Program-made: the position numbers and the translations under genes
Notes under the pieces: generated by a model
What the model was told of the DNA's origin: nothing
The model's input: only the letters and a program-made list of their open reading frames with translations
Database searches by the model: none
Shown: piece by piece, positions 53,957 through 64,000 of the stretch
How the letters are laid out: each line of letters opens with the position of its first letter
Numbering within the stretch: position 1 is the stretch's first letter
Source of the DNA: Mytilus californianus
Taxonomy: Eukaryota
Direction of reading: 5' to 3'
Length of the DNA: 64,000 bases
NCBI RefSeq assembly: GCF_021869535.1
Contig: NW_026262581.1
Span: forward strand, 79,422,001 to 79,486,000

Positions 53957-54529
53957 GTTTGCACTGAATATTCAATTTTCTATTTTCAAACAACACAATT
54001 AACATAACCTTCTTTTTCTGTGATTTATCTCTTTAATTTACTAACCATACTAAAATATGCCTGTTGAAATAAAGTTAACTAAAATATTTACTTTTTCCAT
54101 TTACATGTAGCAACGATGGTTATTTCGGTAACATTATGCTAAGGTTCTGTCAATCTCAGAAACGTGGACACCGTTAAGTACATCACCTGTTATTCGATAA
54201 GATAGACGTATTGGTTGACCACGTATTGGACGAGGCTCCAGTAGTGTACCCCATAAGGTCACAATATTACGGTAAAAAAATTGCCTCGTGTCTCCATGTA
54301 ACTTTTAAGCAAAATTTATAGTTCTAAAGTGATCTGATTTTCGGATTTTAAAATTTGTATAAAGTGTACAAATATTGTTTCAACAGTTTCTGAAATTACG
54401 GAGAAAAGTAATAGAAATGATTCTCTGAGATGAAAAAAAACATAGAAAGCGTACAGATCTGGCTAACATGTTATTATTGATAATACTGAATATCATTTCT
54501 CTTAACTGATTTTCCTTGTTGTATCTTAC

Positions 54530-54622
54530 CTTCTTGACATAATTGAACCTTCTGATATCTTTCACAGCACCTGTCATGTCCAAAAGGATAAAAGATTCGC
54601 TCAATGTTGTCACGACTTTACG
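54530..54622 (-). CDS. FBXO32: FBXO32/25-like coding exon 3
   Basis: RKVVTTLSESFILLDMTGAVKDIRRFNYVKK matches the TLGEAFxxLDFxxAIxDxRRFNYV motif. Confidence 0.94.
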
Positions 54623-54759
54623 CTGAAAGAGAACAAACGATATTACCACGCATCATGTTAATATTTGAACTAAAATCATTTCTCTAACTTTTACAATTTC
54701 CGATTCCGTTTTTGCAAGCAGCCGAATGTACTTATCGCTACAGTCTTAAATATTCTTAC

Positions 54760-54859
54760 CTCTCTTGACAAAGTTTTGATGAAATGAATCCTGGGTTGGT
54801 GCGTGTATTGGTCATTGTCATTCTCGCCTTCAAAATTTAATACAGCCAATCGGATTAAC
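54760..54859 (-). CDS. FBXO32: FBXO32/25-like coding exon 2
   Basis: (R)LIRLAVLNFEGENDNDQYTHQPRIHFIKTLSRE; flanked by tttacag and GTAAGA; phase 2/0. Confidence 0.88.
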
Positions 54860-56456
54860 CTGTAAATAGGCAAGAGTTCCTTTTAAGTTGTTTTTGAAGC
54901 AACTTTTTAAAACCCGATAGCATATTTGTAATAATATGGCCTTATCGGAGAGTCTGATACATTGTAACTTTTTTGAACGTGAATAATATTATGCTGTATC
55001 GAGAGGAGGTTTTCAGAATCACAACATTAAATTGAATCTCATAACTATATACAACTTGCCAGTGGTAGTCGAGCAGGTTCGATCTCATAACTATATACAT
55101 CTTGCCGTAGTCGATCAGGTTCGTCGGATTTTGAAATTTATTTCAACAATCAATTCGTTTCAAGACATACATTTTATGTCGACAGTGAAAAGTTGTAGCA
55201 ATTATGATAAAGTGTACCGTATACAGTTATATATATATAAGGATGAGGGAAATTGCACCTTCCTTCCTCTTATTTCGCAACTATTCCATAAATATACATA
55301 TGTCGTCGTGTGAATCTTATAATTATGTATTTCCCATTTGGTAATGGTGGTAAAAATTTAATTTAAGTTTAAAAGCTCAATATCAGAAATATTTGACCGA
55401 GACATAAAAAGTTATATAGGAATCAATTTACATGTACGTGCATGAAGAGTAACTTTTTGTTTGTTTGTTTTTTTAAGAGACAAGCAACTGAGATACATTG
55501 TAAAATAAAGCATCCCCTGTTTTGGAGATAGAACATTTCACTACAATGTAGTTGAAGAAATTTATCCATATATTTCCATTGGAGATAGACTATGGATTTT
55601 TTTAACTTTGTCATATTATCCCCAATTATGTACTGCTGGATTTGCTAAGAATTGCTCACAGATTGAGTTCAAACCATGCAAACCATATAATCATAGTACT
55701 ACTAAGATAATTTTGATAACAATTACTTAACAGCAACAATACAGGAGGAATAGTGGAGATACAACGCTATACAATTTTTTTTCTCTGAACTAACTAGATT
55801 AATAAGCTATTAAAATACAACAGGGGTCTGGAGATATATAGAACAGTGTACGTAGTTCTGACAAAAAAAAACTCGTAGAGTGGTGAACTGATCTCGTATT
55901 ATAGATGTATATATGTACATGTATAGGGAGATAGAGCATTGCACCTGATATCAAATGTATAGCTCTCTCCATTTTTATTAAAAGTGGACATACATGTAAT
56001 AACACTATAAGATTCGAACGACGATGTGTATACGCATATAAAGATTGCTGTGGAAACCGTGGAGGTATATAGCCAAATTAAGAAGCCGTACATGTAGTGC
56101 GTTACGCTCCATAAAAGATCATAGGTTAAAAAATTGGAGAAAATAAAAATTCGGAGTCTTTGTTTTCATGGACCACTCTTAAATATGAAATACTTTTATG
56201 ACCAGAAATGGGGTAATTTTTCGACTATTTTTATGCATTATTTTCAATTAATATTGTCAAACATTGGAATAAATTAGCATAAATATTTATAAATGCAATA
56301 TTGCATTTCTTATGCATTATTTACAGTGCAAGGATTTTATAACGGTATCTTGATATAGTTTGGACACGTAAGTCCAATGTCATGACTAAGATGTTCTAAA
56401 GATAAACGTGCGGAAATATTACAAGAAAATCAGCTGATCGATATTTAGCTACTTAC

Positions 56457-56584
56457 CTTGCAAGGATGCTTTCGTTCAAATTTTCAAACACTTTTATCCT
56501 CCATAACTTTAGTCTTTCCCATCCTTCTTTTGTTCTTACCCACTGATCCCCTGGTGATCGCCAGTCTTGTCCCAGAAACGGCAT
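56457..56584 (-). CDS. FBXO32: FBXO32/25-like first coding exon
   Basis: [25 protein letters not shown] is the diagnostic FBXO32/FBXO25 N-terminus. GTAAGT donor at 56456. Total CDS is 1011 nt (336 aa plus stop). Confidence 0.96.
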
Positions 56585-57235
56585 GTTCTAACAGTTTTTC
56601 ACTTTCCACTTTCCTTTGTTTTGGTTTATGCGTAATTGTTTATATTTTGCAGGAAGTAGATAAAAAAATTTCGGCACTGAAGATTATAATTCTGTTTGAT
56701 TGGTGTTCGTAAAATTAGAATATTTTTGATTGGTTAAAAAAATGTATCAACAAATACATGTGATTCAGTCACATGGCTTTGTTTACATCATTCTTTGACA
56801 ATTATAATGTGTCTGTTGCTAGTGGTTTGAATATTTGTTAATATGCCAAAAGTTGTAATTGTAGAAGAATTGGTGCACTGTTTTAGGATATTCACATCAA
56901 ATTTTAATAAACATATTCCCGCCTGTAACATGATTTAACCCATGATCAGACATATCTTTTCAAACAACCTTTCACTAAACCAGAGGATATGACAACGTTG
57001 TGTCAATTAGCATGATCACTGCCGATAATTAATCGGTGTAATAGTGAATAATCGGGAGCTAGATAAGTACTGATTTGTGCCAATGTAAAATTAAACATTA
57101 GGACTGGGAGATAATAAGGGTTACAAACACATACCACATCACCATGCAGCGACTACAATCCCGTTTCACTTTTTTTTATTAAATAAACAAAGATTTAAAC
57201 AAACTATAGGATGAAAAACAGAAATATTTATGTAA

Positions 57236-57370
57236 AATTGAGAATGGAAACGGGAATGTGTCAAAGAGACAACATCCCGACCAAAGAGCAGAAAACAGCC
57301 TAAGGCCACCAATGGGTCCTCAGTCAACACAGCGAGAAAATCCCGCACCCGGAGACGGGCTTCAGCTGGT
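57236..57370 (+). mobile_element. SINE-like repeat (GAATGTGTCAAAGAGACAAC family)
   Basis: A reverse-complement copy lies at about 49470-49555. Confidence 0.7.
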
Positions 57371-58284
57371 AATTGTTATTGTGTCCTTCAGAAGATTCGT
57401 AAATGATTTTTTTTCTATAGCAAGGCTCACCATTTTATAATACCGGAGACAGTCGGACTGACCATTCTGAATTATCAGTTTATCGTTTGATTATCTGTGT
57501 TTGGTTAACTAAAGTAGTCTTAAAATTTAATGTCCTTCTTTTTCGCATTTCAATGATTAGAGTAAAAAAAAGACATCAATGCTTGTCCGCAAACAGTACC
57601 ATCAAAGTGTCTGGAAAGCCTCTGTGTACTCTGATTGCATTCCAGTGCCGACTGTTTCGATCGATTGTTGCCAAAATCATTTACGTTGTAACCTGTTAAT
57701 ATTTCTCTGGGATATAAGTGCTTAATGGTAATTCCAGAGTTAGTTCGTCGCTTATGCTTTTAACCTTATATTCTGGAACTTTTCAAGCTACTCCTTGATA
57801 TCAAATACCACGGGAAACAAGGGTTTGGGTCTTGGATTCACTGCCAAGAAAATGGGTTAACTACAGCCGTTTGTAGATGACTTACTTCTTCTATTCTAGT
57901 GGTTCTTTCGCATGACCGTATAACTTTTACTAATTGTCTATTCTTAGAACAGACTGGAGTTCAGTACATGGCCTATATACATACACACCTCACGTGAGAA
58001 AAATACATTAATTCATAACTGATTTAGTAGAGATATTTCACATTTTTACATTAATAGTTTGTTTACGTATTTGATGCCGCACTGTTGTATGTTCGACATA
58101 CGTACGATCAAAGCAATTGGTATACGATTTATTGTATCAAAAATTAACTGCACTCATGTACCCATTCATGCCACTATATCATGTGTTCTGTAAGCCGACG
58201 AGGAAAGGCATTACCCGAATAACGATGGATCATGTACTGTGCTTCAACCTTAGATTAAGCCAAAATTTTCTATATTTTTATATA

Positions 58285-58418
58285 GCCTTGTAGATCGAAA
58301 GTATGGTCTAAGGCGTTGGACCCAGTGCAATTGTCGTTGGTGTCTCAATAGCTTAAATCCGAATCCCACCGAGGGAAGAGTATAGATTTGCAAATGTACT
58401 ACATTGTTAGGCTATAAG
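58285..58418 (+). mobile_element. Degenerate tRNA-derived SINE head
   Basis: A-box-like TGGTCTAAGG (58304-58313) and B-box-like TCCGAATCCC (58358-58367); no intact cloverleaf. Confidence 0.5.
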
Positions 58419-59798
58419 TAAATATAAAATCATAATCAAACTTTACGCCCACGTTCATTTCTCTTATATAAAGTGACCTTACAATCTTATAACTAGGTGT
58501 ATTGATACATTAAGTAGGAGAGTGGTACAGCTTCCGCACCAGTAACCGTCAGTAAATGCCTTTGTGAATATATGCAACGTCCCACCGTGTCTGTAGTATG
58601 TATATACTTTTTTTATCTAGATTTGAGTCCATTGCATCTGTTAGTATAAATTCATCGGAAGTAATGTCATGATGATGGCTAGTGCGTTTTTTTTTATGTT
58701 TATTATATTTTATTTACATGTGTTTTCCAACTCTGCAAAATCACATCTGGTAAAGTTAGAAGATTTCACGCCATTTGTACGTACATGTTTGCAATGTTTA
58801 ATTTAACCTTGAATACGAAAAAAAATGCTTCTCAAGGGGTCTTATATCAATTTTGATTAAGGGAAAAGCTAGGACATATTTATTAATATGAGAAAACATG
58901 TAATAATCAAAATATACCGCGAACTAGTGCAACAACTCAATCATTGGAATGCGGATCTGTCAAATTCATATAAAAGTTCAGTTTACCTGCATGCAGTTTG
59001 ATTTTGGGTCCAAATTCAGTTCTTTAATTAATACTAAATCTCATGTTAGCAATATACATGTATATGATATATAGAGCACATTGATGCTTTCTGTTGAAAT
59101 TGATCGAACAACATTCAAATATTTCTTTCTTTGGTAGTAATCCAAATTGAACTATATTGCAGCGGATGCATTCTTTCTGTGATAATCATTTTCAATATGT
59201 CCCCTTTCGTGGTAAATAAGAGGCAACTGAACAGTAGTTTACTGGTGTTCAAATCGCATAAATCCATTTTGAAAATACAAATCAAGGTAAAAAAATAAAA
59301 ACTGAGGAAATCGCTTGAAATCCAAAAGGAGCAAGACCGGTGCGTCTCCTGGTCATTTGGTTATATATTGATTTTGAGGTCGGATGTTGCACACTTCAAA
59401 ACGATGATAACTAGTGATCACTAGTAAATTGAAATATGAGCTGTTTGATATTAGTGAAGACGTTTCAAACGTTTTTAACGATGGCTTTAAATTTATATTG
59501 ATTTTTTGTTGTTGTTGTTTTTGTTAATGCAAGGATGGGTGGGTGGGTGGGGTTAGAATAGTTTTATCTGGTTCTAAAGAAATATAATTGCAACATCGGT
59601 GTTGCTTAAGTAAGTGACTGGATAACACAAAATATCCTGTAACAACAAGTTATGTCCTTTATCTTATCCACTGCAACACAGATTATGTATCTGCATATTG
59701 TATAAATCTTATACGGTTTTATAAAAGTTAGTTTATAATTAGATACTTGTCACATAATCTTTGTACCTTTGAATATTCATAGCACGTTCACCACAAAG

Positions 59799-59891
59799 TA
59801 TATAAAGGCTCAGGAGAGTTGTAGTCAACATTTTATTACGAATAAACTGTAATCGACATCAACTTTTTGCACAGGAACACTTTAACATAAG
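59799..59891 (+). promoter_or_regulatory. Candidate SELENOP TATA box and non-coding first exon
   Basis: TATATAAA at 59799-59806, Inr-like TAGT about 25 nt downstream, and a strong donor AAG|GTAAGA at 59892. The coding exon begins with an acceptor (62370) only 10 nt before the ATG, so an upstream exon is required. Confidence 0.55.
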
Positions 59892-61837
59892 GTAAGAATG
59901 TTAGTTTTCAATCCATGTAGCATTTAGCTTTCTCGGGGCGTGATAAAATACATCCGAACATCATATAAAGTCTTAAAATCTGATTTCAGATGAATCGTAT
60001 ATAAATATTTCTTCAAATTCTACAAGTGTAAATAATTTAAAACACACGACCACTCAAATAAGGCAATTTCAGAAAGCTTCTTGTGTCATGAAAGTATACT
60101 TACTATTAGGCTCTTCGTTCGAGCAGAATTATTATGGTGTCAGATAGCTCGTCCAATTGCCCTTTCACACTTAGTAAGATAAGTCAATTTCGACTTTTAC
60201 TGATGTTTATGAAATATGAACAATGTAAGGATTGATGGAATAGCGCTCCTTTCCATTTGATTGTTGCCTGACTTGTCGTTTTGGGTATTTTCAGTGCTTG
60301 CCTTTCCTATCAGAAGTGTCTTGACGGAATCTATTGAACCAATGATTCTTCATGGTTATGCTGTAGTCATCTCTTCGGAAATCAAATGGCTTTTTTTTTT
60401 GGTTTGCAATTAGGGAAAATCGTCGTAGACGACCACGATAAAGCAACACGATGAGTGTACTAGTGGAGAAGGGTCTGTCTGGCCCCGTTTTTTTGTGGGG
60501 TTACCTTTAATTTTCGGTATAGCATTTTTCTTTTTTTTTGTGGCCATGGTGTTGTTTGCACTTCTTAGGTTTATAATTTTGATTTCCCTTTGTATCTATC
60601 TTCCTCTCTATTTAGGTATAAATTTACTGTTAATTACTCGTATATAAAATTTTCTTAGCCAGCTATAATTAAGTATTTCGAACAAACATGGACTATATGG
60701 TAGTAACTTGGATTGATTTTAAAAGAAAAAAATACTTGGAAACTTTTACTAAATTATGAATACACAGCCCTTATAAAACGTCGAGTTCTTACATAAACAA
60801 CACACGAGTTTACAATATTTCACAAACCAGGCATGTTGTCAAGATGAGCGAAACATTAACAATTTAGTTAAGCACCTTATAAGTTTTATATCACAAATCC
60901 TATTGTACTTCCTTATTATCTAAATCAAGGACAGGTGTAAAAGAGACGTTGAACTTGTTTTGCACATATTTATCAGCTGGAGTTTACACTATATAGATAA
61001 CAAGATAAACAATAAAAAGATGAATAATTTATGTGATTTTTAGAATATTGCACAACAATTAAATAACATCATTTAATTTGGACGAAAAGGAGTGCTTACA
61101 TCGTTTTCGAGCTAATTTACGAAGACGTCAATTTAAGAGCCACCAAAAATGATTATGTATTGTCATTAAAAAATAATGCTGCTTGATTTTCGGTTATTTA
61201 TCAAGGAGTCCGTATCACGTGGCTGTTACATGTATAACTAATTGCGTTTATATATTTCAATTTTTTAGTTTGTGGAATATTCTCAAACTGTTTATATTTA
61301 TATAATGTCCTACAATAACGATTTTTCGACATGGTTTTTATCTTCGATTTAAGATCGGTATTGAAATAACTTTTTCAATTATCAAAATCTTAAGAATGAT
61401 TTTCAAGTGATATGCTTTCGGCTTACATGCTTTCCATTTCTGGGCTCTCTATTTAACCAAGTGTTTAAACTAAGTTCTATTGTGGCGGCCATCTTTGATT
61501 TCAGATCGAAATCGAATTATAATTTCTATGAAGGATCTGAATATCACAGTTCAACGTTTTCTCGTAGATGTTCACAAACGTTTACAATGGATGGAACTGC
61601 ATGACATTAACCGCTATCATAACACTAAGTGACATGTTAGCTAAAACGATGATGCGTATGTTTATCTGTCGAAAGTCTACACAGAGGTATAAATGTTTTG
61701 ATTGTAACCATTACACAATACTTTATTTATTTTTTTTATTTTGAAGAAGGTTACACAGTTAGTTACATAATCTAACTTCTATGAGTCTCAGTCATAGAAA
61801 AGCATTATCTAAACACAAAATTGGTCAACGAATTGCT

Positions 61838-62177
61838 TAAATAAACTCATCATAAATACCAGGATTGAACTTTTGTATTTGCGCCAGACGCGCGTTTCGT
61901 CTACAAAAGACTCATCAGTGACGCTCGAATAAAGATAAAGTTAAAAAGACGAAATAAAGTACGAAGTTGAAGAGCATTGAGGACCAAAATTTCCTAAAGG
62001 TTTTGCCAAATACAGCTAAGGTAATCTATTCCTGAGGTAGAAAAGCCTTAGTTTTTAAAAAATGTAAAGTTTTGTAAACAGTTAATTTATAATTATGACC
62101 ATATCAATGATAATTCATGTCAAACAGAAGTGCTGACTACTGGGCTGGTGATACCATCGGGGATTAAAAACTCAACC
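61838..62177 (-). mobile_element. Retrozyme-like / Penelope-associated non-autonomous repeat monomer carrying the hammerhead
   Basis: About 340-bp non-coding segment containing the ribozyme. It resembles the abundant mussel hammerhead repeat as recalled, not searched. Boundaries are approximate. Confidence 0.6.
61881..61924 (-). ncRNA. Minimal type I hammerhead ribozyme
   Basis: The minus strand reads GCGUCA-CUGAUGA-GUC(uuuugua)GAC-GAAA-CGCGC-GUC-UGGCGC. Stem I is GCGUCA:UGGCGC, stem II is GUC:GAC, both core boxes are intact, stem III is the palindrome ACGCGCGU, and the cleavage triplet is GUC (61889-61887). Confidence 0.88.
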
Positions 62178-62380
62178 AAATTTACTGTAAAATATATAGA
62201 CATTGTTGCAATGCTTACCTCTCCAAATTAATAATTACTTTTATTATGTTACCCATTATGTTTTGTTACAAAATTCCATTTTGTAATGTTTTTGTTGTAA
62301 AACAAACAAAAAAATCTTTCAGTAAGCTTAATCACAGATAAATTTAGTCAACTCCATTCTTTTCTTTCAGAAGAGAAATT

Positions 62381-62574
62381 ATGCAGAGCCCCGGTGTCTT
62401 AACCGGGTTGCTCGCTGCTGCTTTACTAGTCAGCGTGTCTGGAAGGTTCTGTCAGTACCCACCAACCTGGCGAACCACCAGTGAAGATCAGCCAATGTTG
62501 AACACGCGTGGCAAAGTAACAGTAGTGGCACTACTGTTGGCTACATGACCCATGTGTCAGCATCAAGCGGCAGG
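62381..62574 (+). CDS. SELENOP: Selenoprotein P, first coding exon; signal peptide plus in-frame UGA (Sec56) at 62546-62548
   Basis: MQSPGVLTGLLAAALLVSVSGRFCQYPPTW...QPMLNTRGKVTVVALLLAT-U-PMCQHQAA matches the SELENOP pattern CxxPPxW...GxVTVVALLxAS-U-xxC. Acceptor tttctttcag and donor GTATGT. Confidence 0.93.
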
Positions 62575-62839
62575 GTATGTGTTATCATTTATTAGATATA
62601 TATTGAATGTTGTTACATGTAAATCATTTCAGTCTATTAATTCATAAATAATAGAAATTAAAAGTTTGTGTATTTACATTTTTGTTTAATTTTGTCAAAT
62701 ATTCGCGAGGGAGATGAATAGTGACACACGTTTGAGATGTAGGTTATGGGGGTAAACAAGTGGGATTACGGGATATAGGGGGTACAAATAGGTGGTATCA
62801 GGAAAAAAGTGGGAAATGGGAACAAAGGCAAAAAAATAA

Positions 62840-63154
62840 ACTGTTGACTTCATACAAAATATCATTGATCTATCACAAGTAGATCCTATCAAACTATTTT
62901 GAGCAGAAAACTTAACTTTGAAAATTGCGGATTAATTCAAAGTCACTGGACCATGTCCTAGGGGACAGAGCCTCAAAATAGTCGTCAAACTGATATGTAC
63001 TGATAGTAATGCAGCTTTATATTAAATATCACAAGTAGTTCCTATCAAACTAACTTAAGCAGAAAACTTAACTATTGTTGACGCCGTCGCCGTCGCCGGA
63101 AAAGCAATCCTTATGTCTCGCTTTCCGCGACTTTCGTCGCAGGCGAGACAAAAA
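62840..63154 (-). mobile_element. HINE-like fragment in SELENOP intron 2
   Basis: Head tgtctcgc...gcgacttt cgtcgc aggcgagacaaaaa with GCC/GTC microsatellite; one duplicated internal unit. Confidence 0.65.
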
Positions 63155-63261
63155 CGGGATTTGGGAAATTAGCACCTCGTGTCACCCCCCCCCCCCCCCT
63201 AATTTCATTCGCCTTTATTCATTAAGAATATTTCAAATAAATATATGTTTGTACAATGTAG

Positions 63262-63459
63262 GCTGGAGACTATTCGTCAAGAATACATCGCCCAGGGCCG
63301 TACAGAAATCAGTTTTATGATTATCAATTCCAAAGAAGTCCCTGAACAAATTGGACAACTTTCCAGCAGAACTAACTTTCCTGTGTACCAAGATACAAAC
63401 GCTACAAACATATGGAACAAACTAAATGGCGGGAAAGATGACGTATTGATATATGATAG
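63262..63459 (+). CDS. SELENOP: Selenoprotein P coding exon 2
   Basis: (G)LETIRQEYIAQGRTEISFMIINSK...FPVYQDTNATNIWNKLNGGKDDVLIYD(R) contains the SELENOP motifs PVYQ and WxxLxGxKDDxLIYDR. Phase 2/2. Confidence 0.95.
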
Positions 63460-63911
63460 GTAAGAACTGAAAAATGCAATATCATCATGTAAAGATATTG
63501 ACGTGTGTAAAATTAAAAACATAAATCATGAATTATGAAACCATAGCAGTTTATAATTTAGATATATATAGTTACATACATTGTGAGCAACTGAAAGCCA
63601 TCCAAACAAAGGACCTATTTTAGTTTCCTAGTTGAATAGCTATTGCATGAAGACTTGATAGCATTAACGTTAAACGCGCGAATTAAGAAAAATATTTCCC
63701 ATCCAATGAAGCTAGAATCACATTCAATATAAATCTACTTGCGCATATTGATCATTATCAGAGCTCTTTGTATTGCTTATTTTGTAACAGTGAAATGTGT
63801 GCGAACACGGCAATGGTAATTTATATATCTTACTACTTCTATATATATATATATGCAAAAGGGATGCGATACACGTTAGGCAAACATATAGTTTTCTATT
63901 TTTGTTCACAG

Positions 63912-64000
63912 ATGCGGCAAATTAGTTTACTTTATACCGTTTCCATCAAGCTTGTTGCGTTACCATCTTACTGATTGGGCGATCCGTACTGCATACGATA
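63912..64000 (+). CDS. SELENOP: Selenoprotein P coding exon 3 (truncated by window end)
   Basis: (R)CGKLVYFIPFPSSLLRYHLTDWAIRTAYD matches RCGRLVYHLxxPxSxL...AIxxAY. Acceptor tttgttcacag. Confidence 0.93.

Noticed and set aside
58285-58418. Possible tRNA-Leu/Ser gene
   Set aside because: Only degenerate A/B boxes; the acceptor and anticodon stems do not pair. Treated as a SINE head.
62549-62574. Sec-redefinition-element hairpin downstream of the UGA
   Set aside because: Only a 4-bp CAGC:GCUG pairing across the exon junction was found by eye; too weak without covariation analysis.
62575-64000. SECIS element
   Set aside because: Not expected or seen here; the 3'UTR is outside the window.

Overview
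AT-rich eukaryotic DNA. The repeat landscape and gene content suggest a bivalve mollusc, probably a Mytilus-like mussel (inference). Four spliced protein-coding genes were reconstructed by hand with consistent GT-AG phases. (1) The 5' part of an MPDZ/PATJ multi-PDZ gene on the minus strand (L27 plus PDZ1, about 20-kb intron, continues off the left edge). (2) A complete TMEM234 on the plus strand (126 aa). (3) A complete FBXO32/FBXO25 (atrogin-like) gene on the minus strand (8 coding exons, 336 aa). (4) The 5' part of selenoprotein P on the plus strand, with an in-frame UGA (Sec) in a U-P-M-C motif, continuing off the right edge. A frameshifted LRR pseudogene lies downstream of TMEM234. Introns are packed with Helentron/DINE-like elements carrying internal tandem repeats, MITEs, SINE-like repeats and minisatellites, often nested. 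The most unusual features are a complete minimal hammerhead ribozyme in a retrozyme-like repeat antisense within SELENOP intron 1; a 47-bp minisatellite that is a tandem amplification of an MPDZ exon end plus its 5' splice site; a stem-loop over the SELENOP start codon; and the head-to-head arrangement of FBXO32 and SELENOP. Most short ORFs in the supplied track are spurious.
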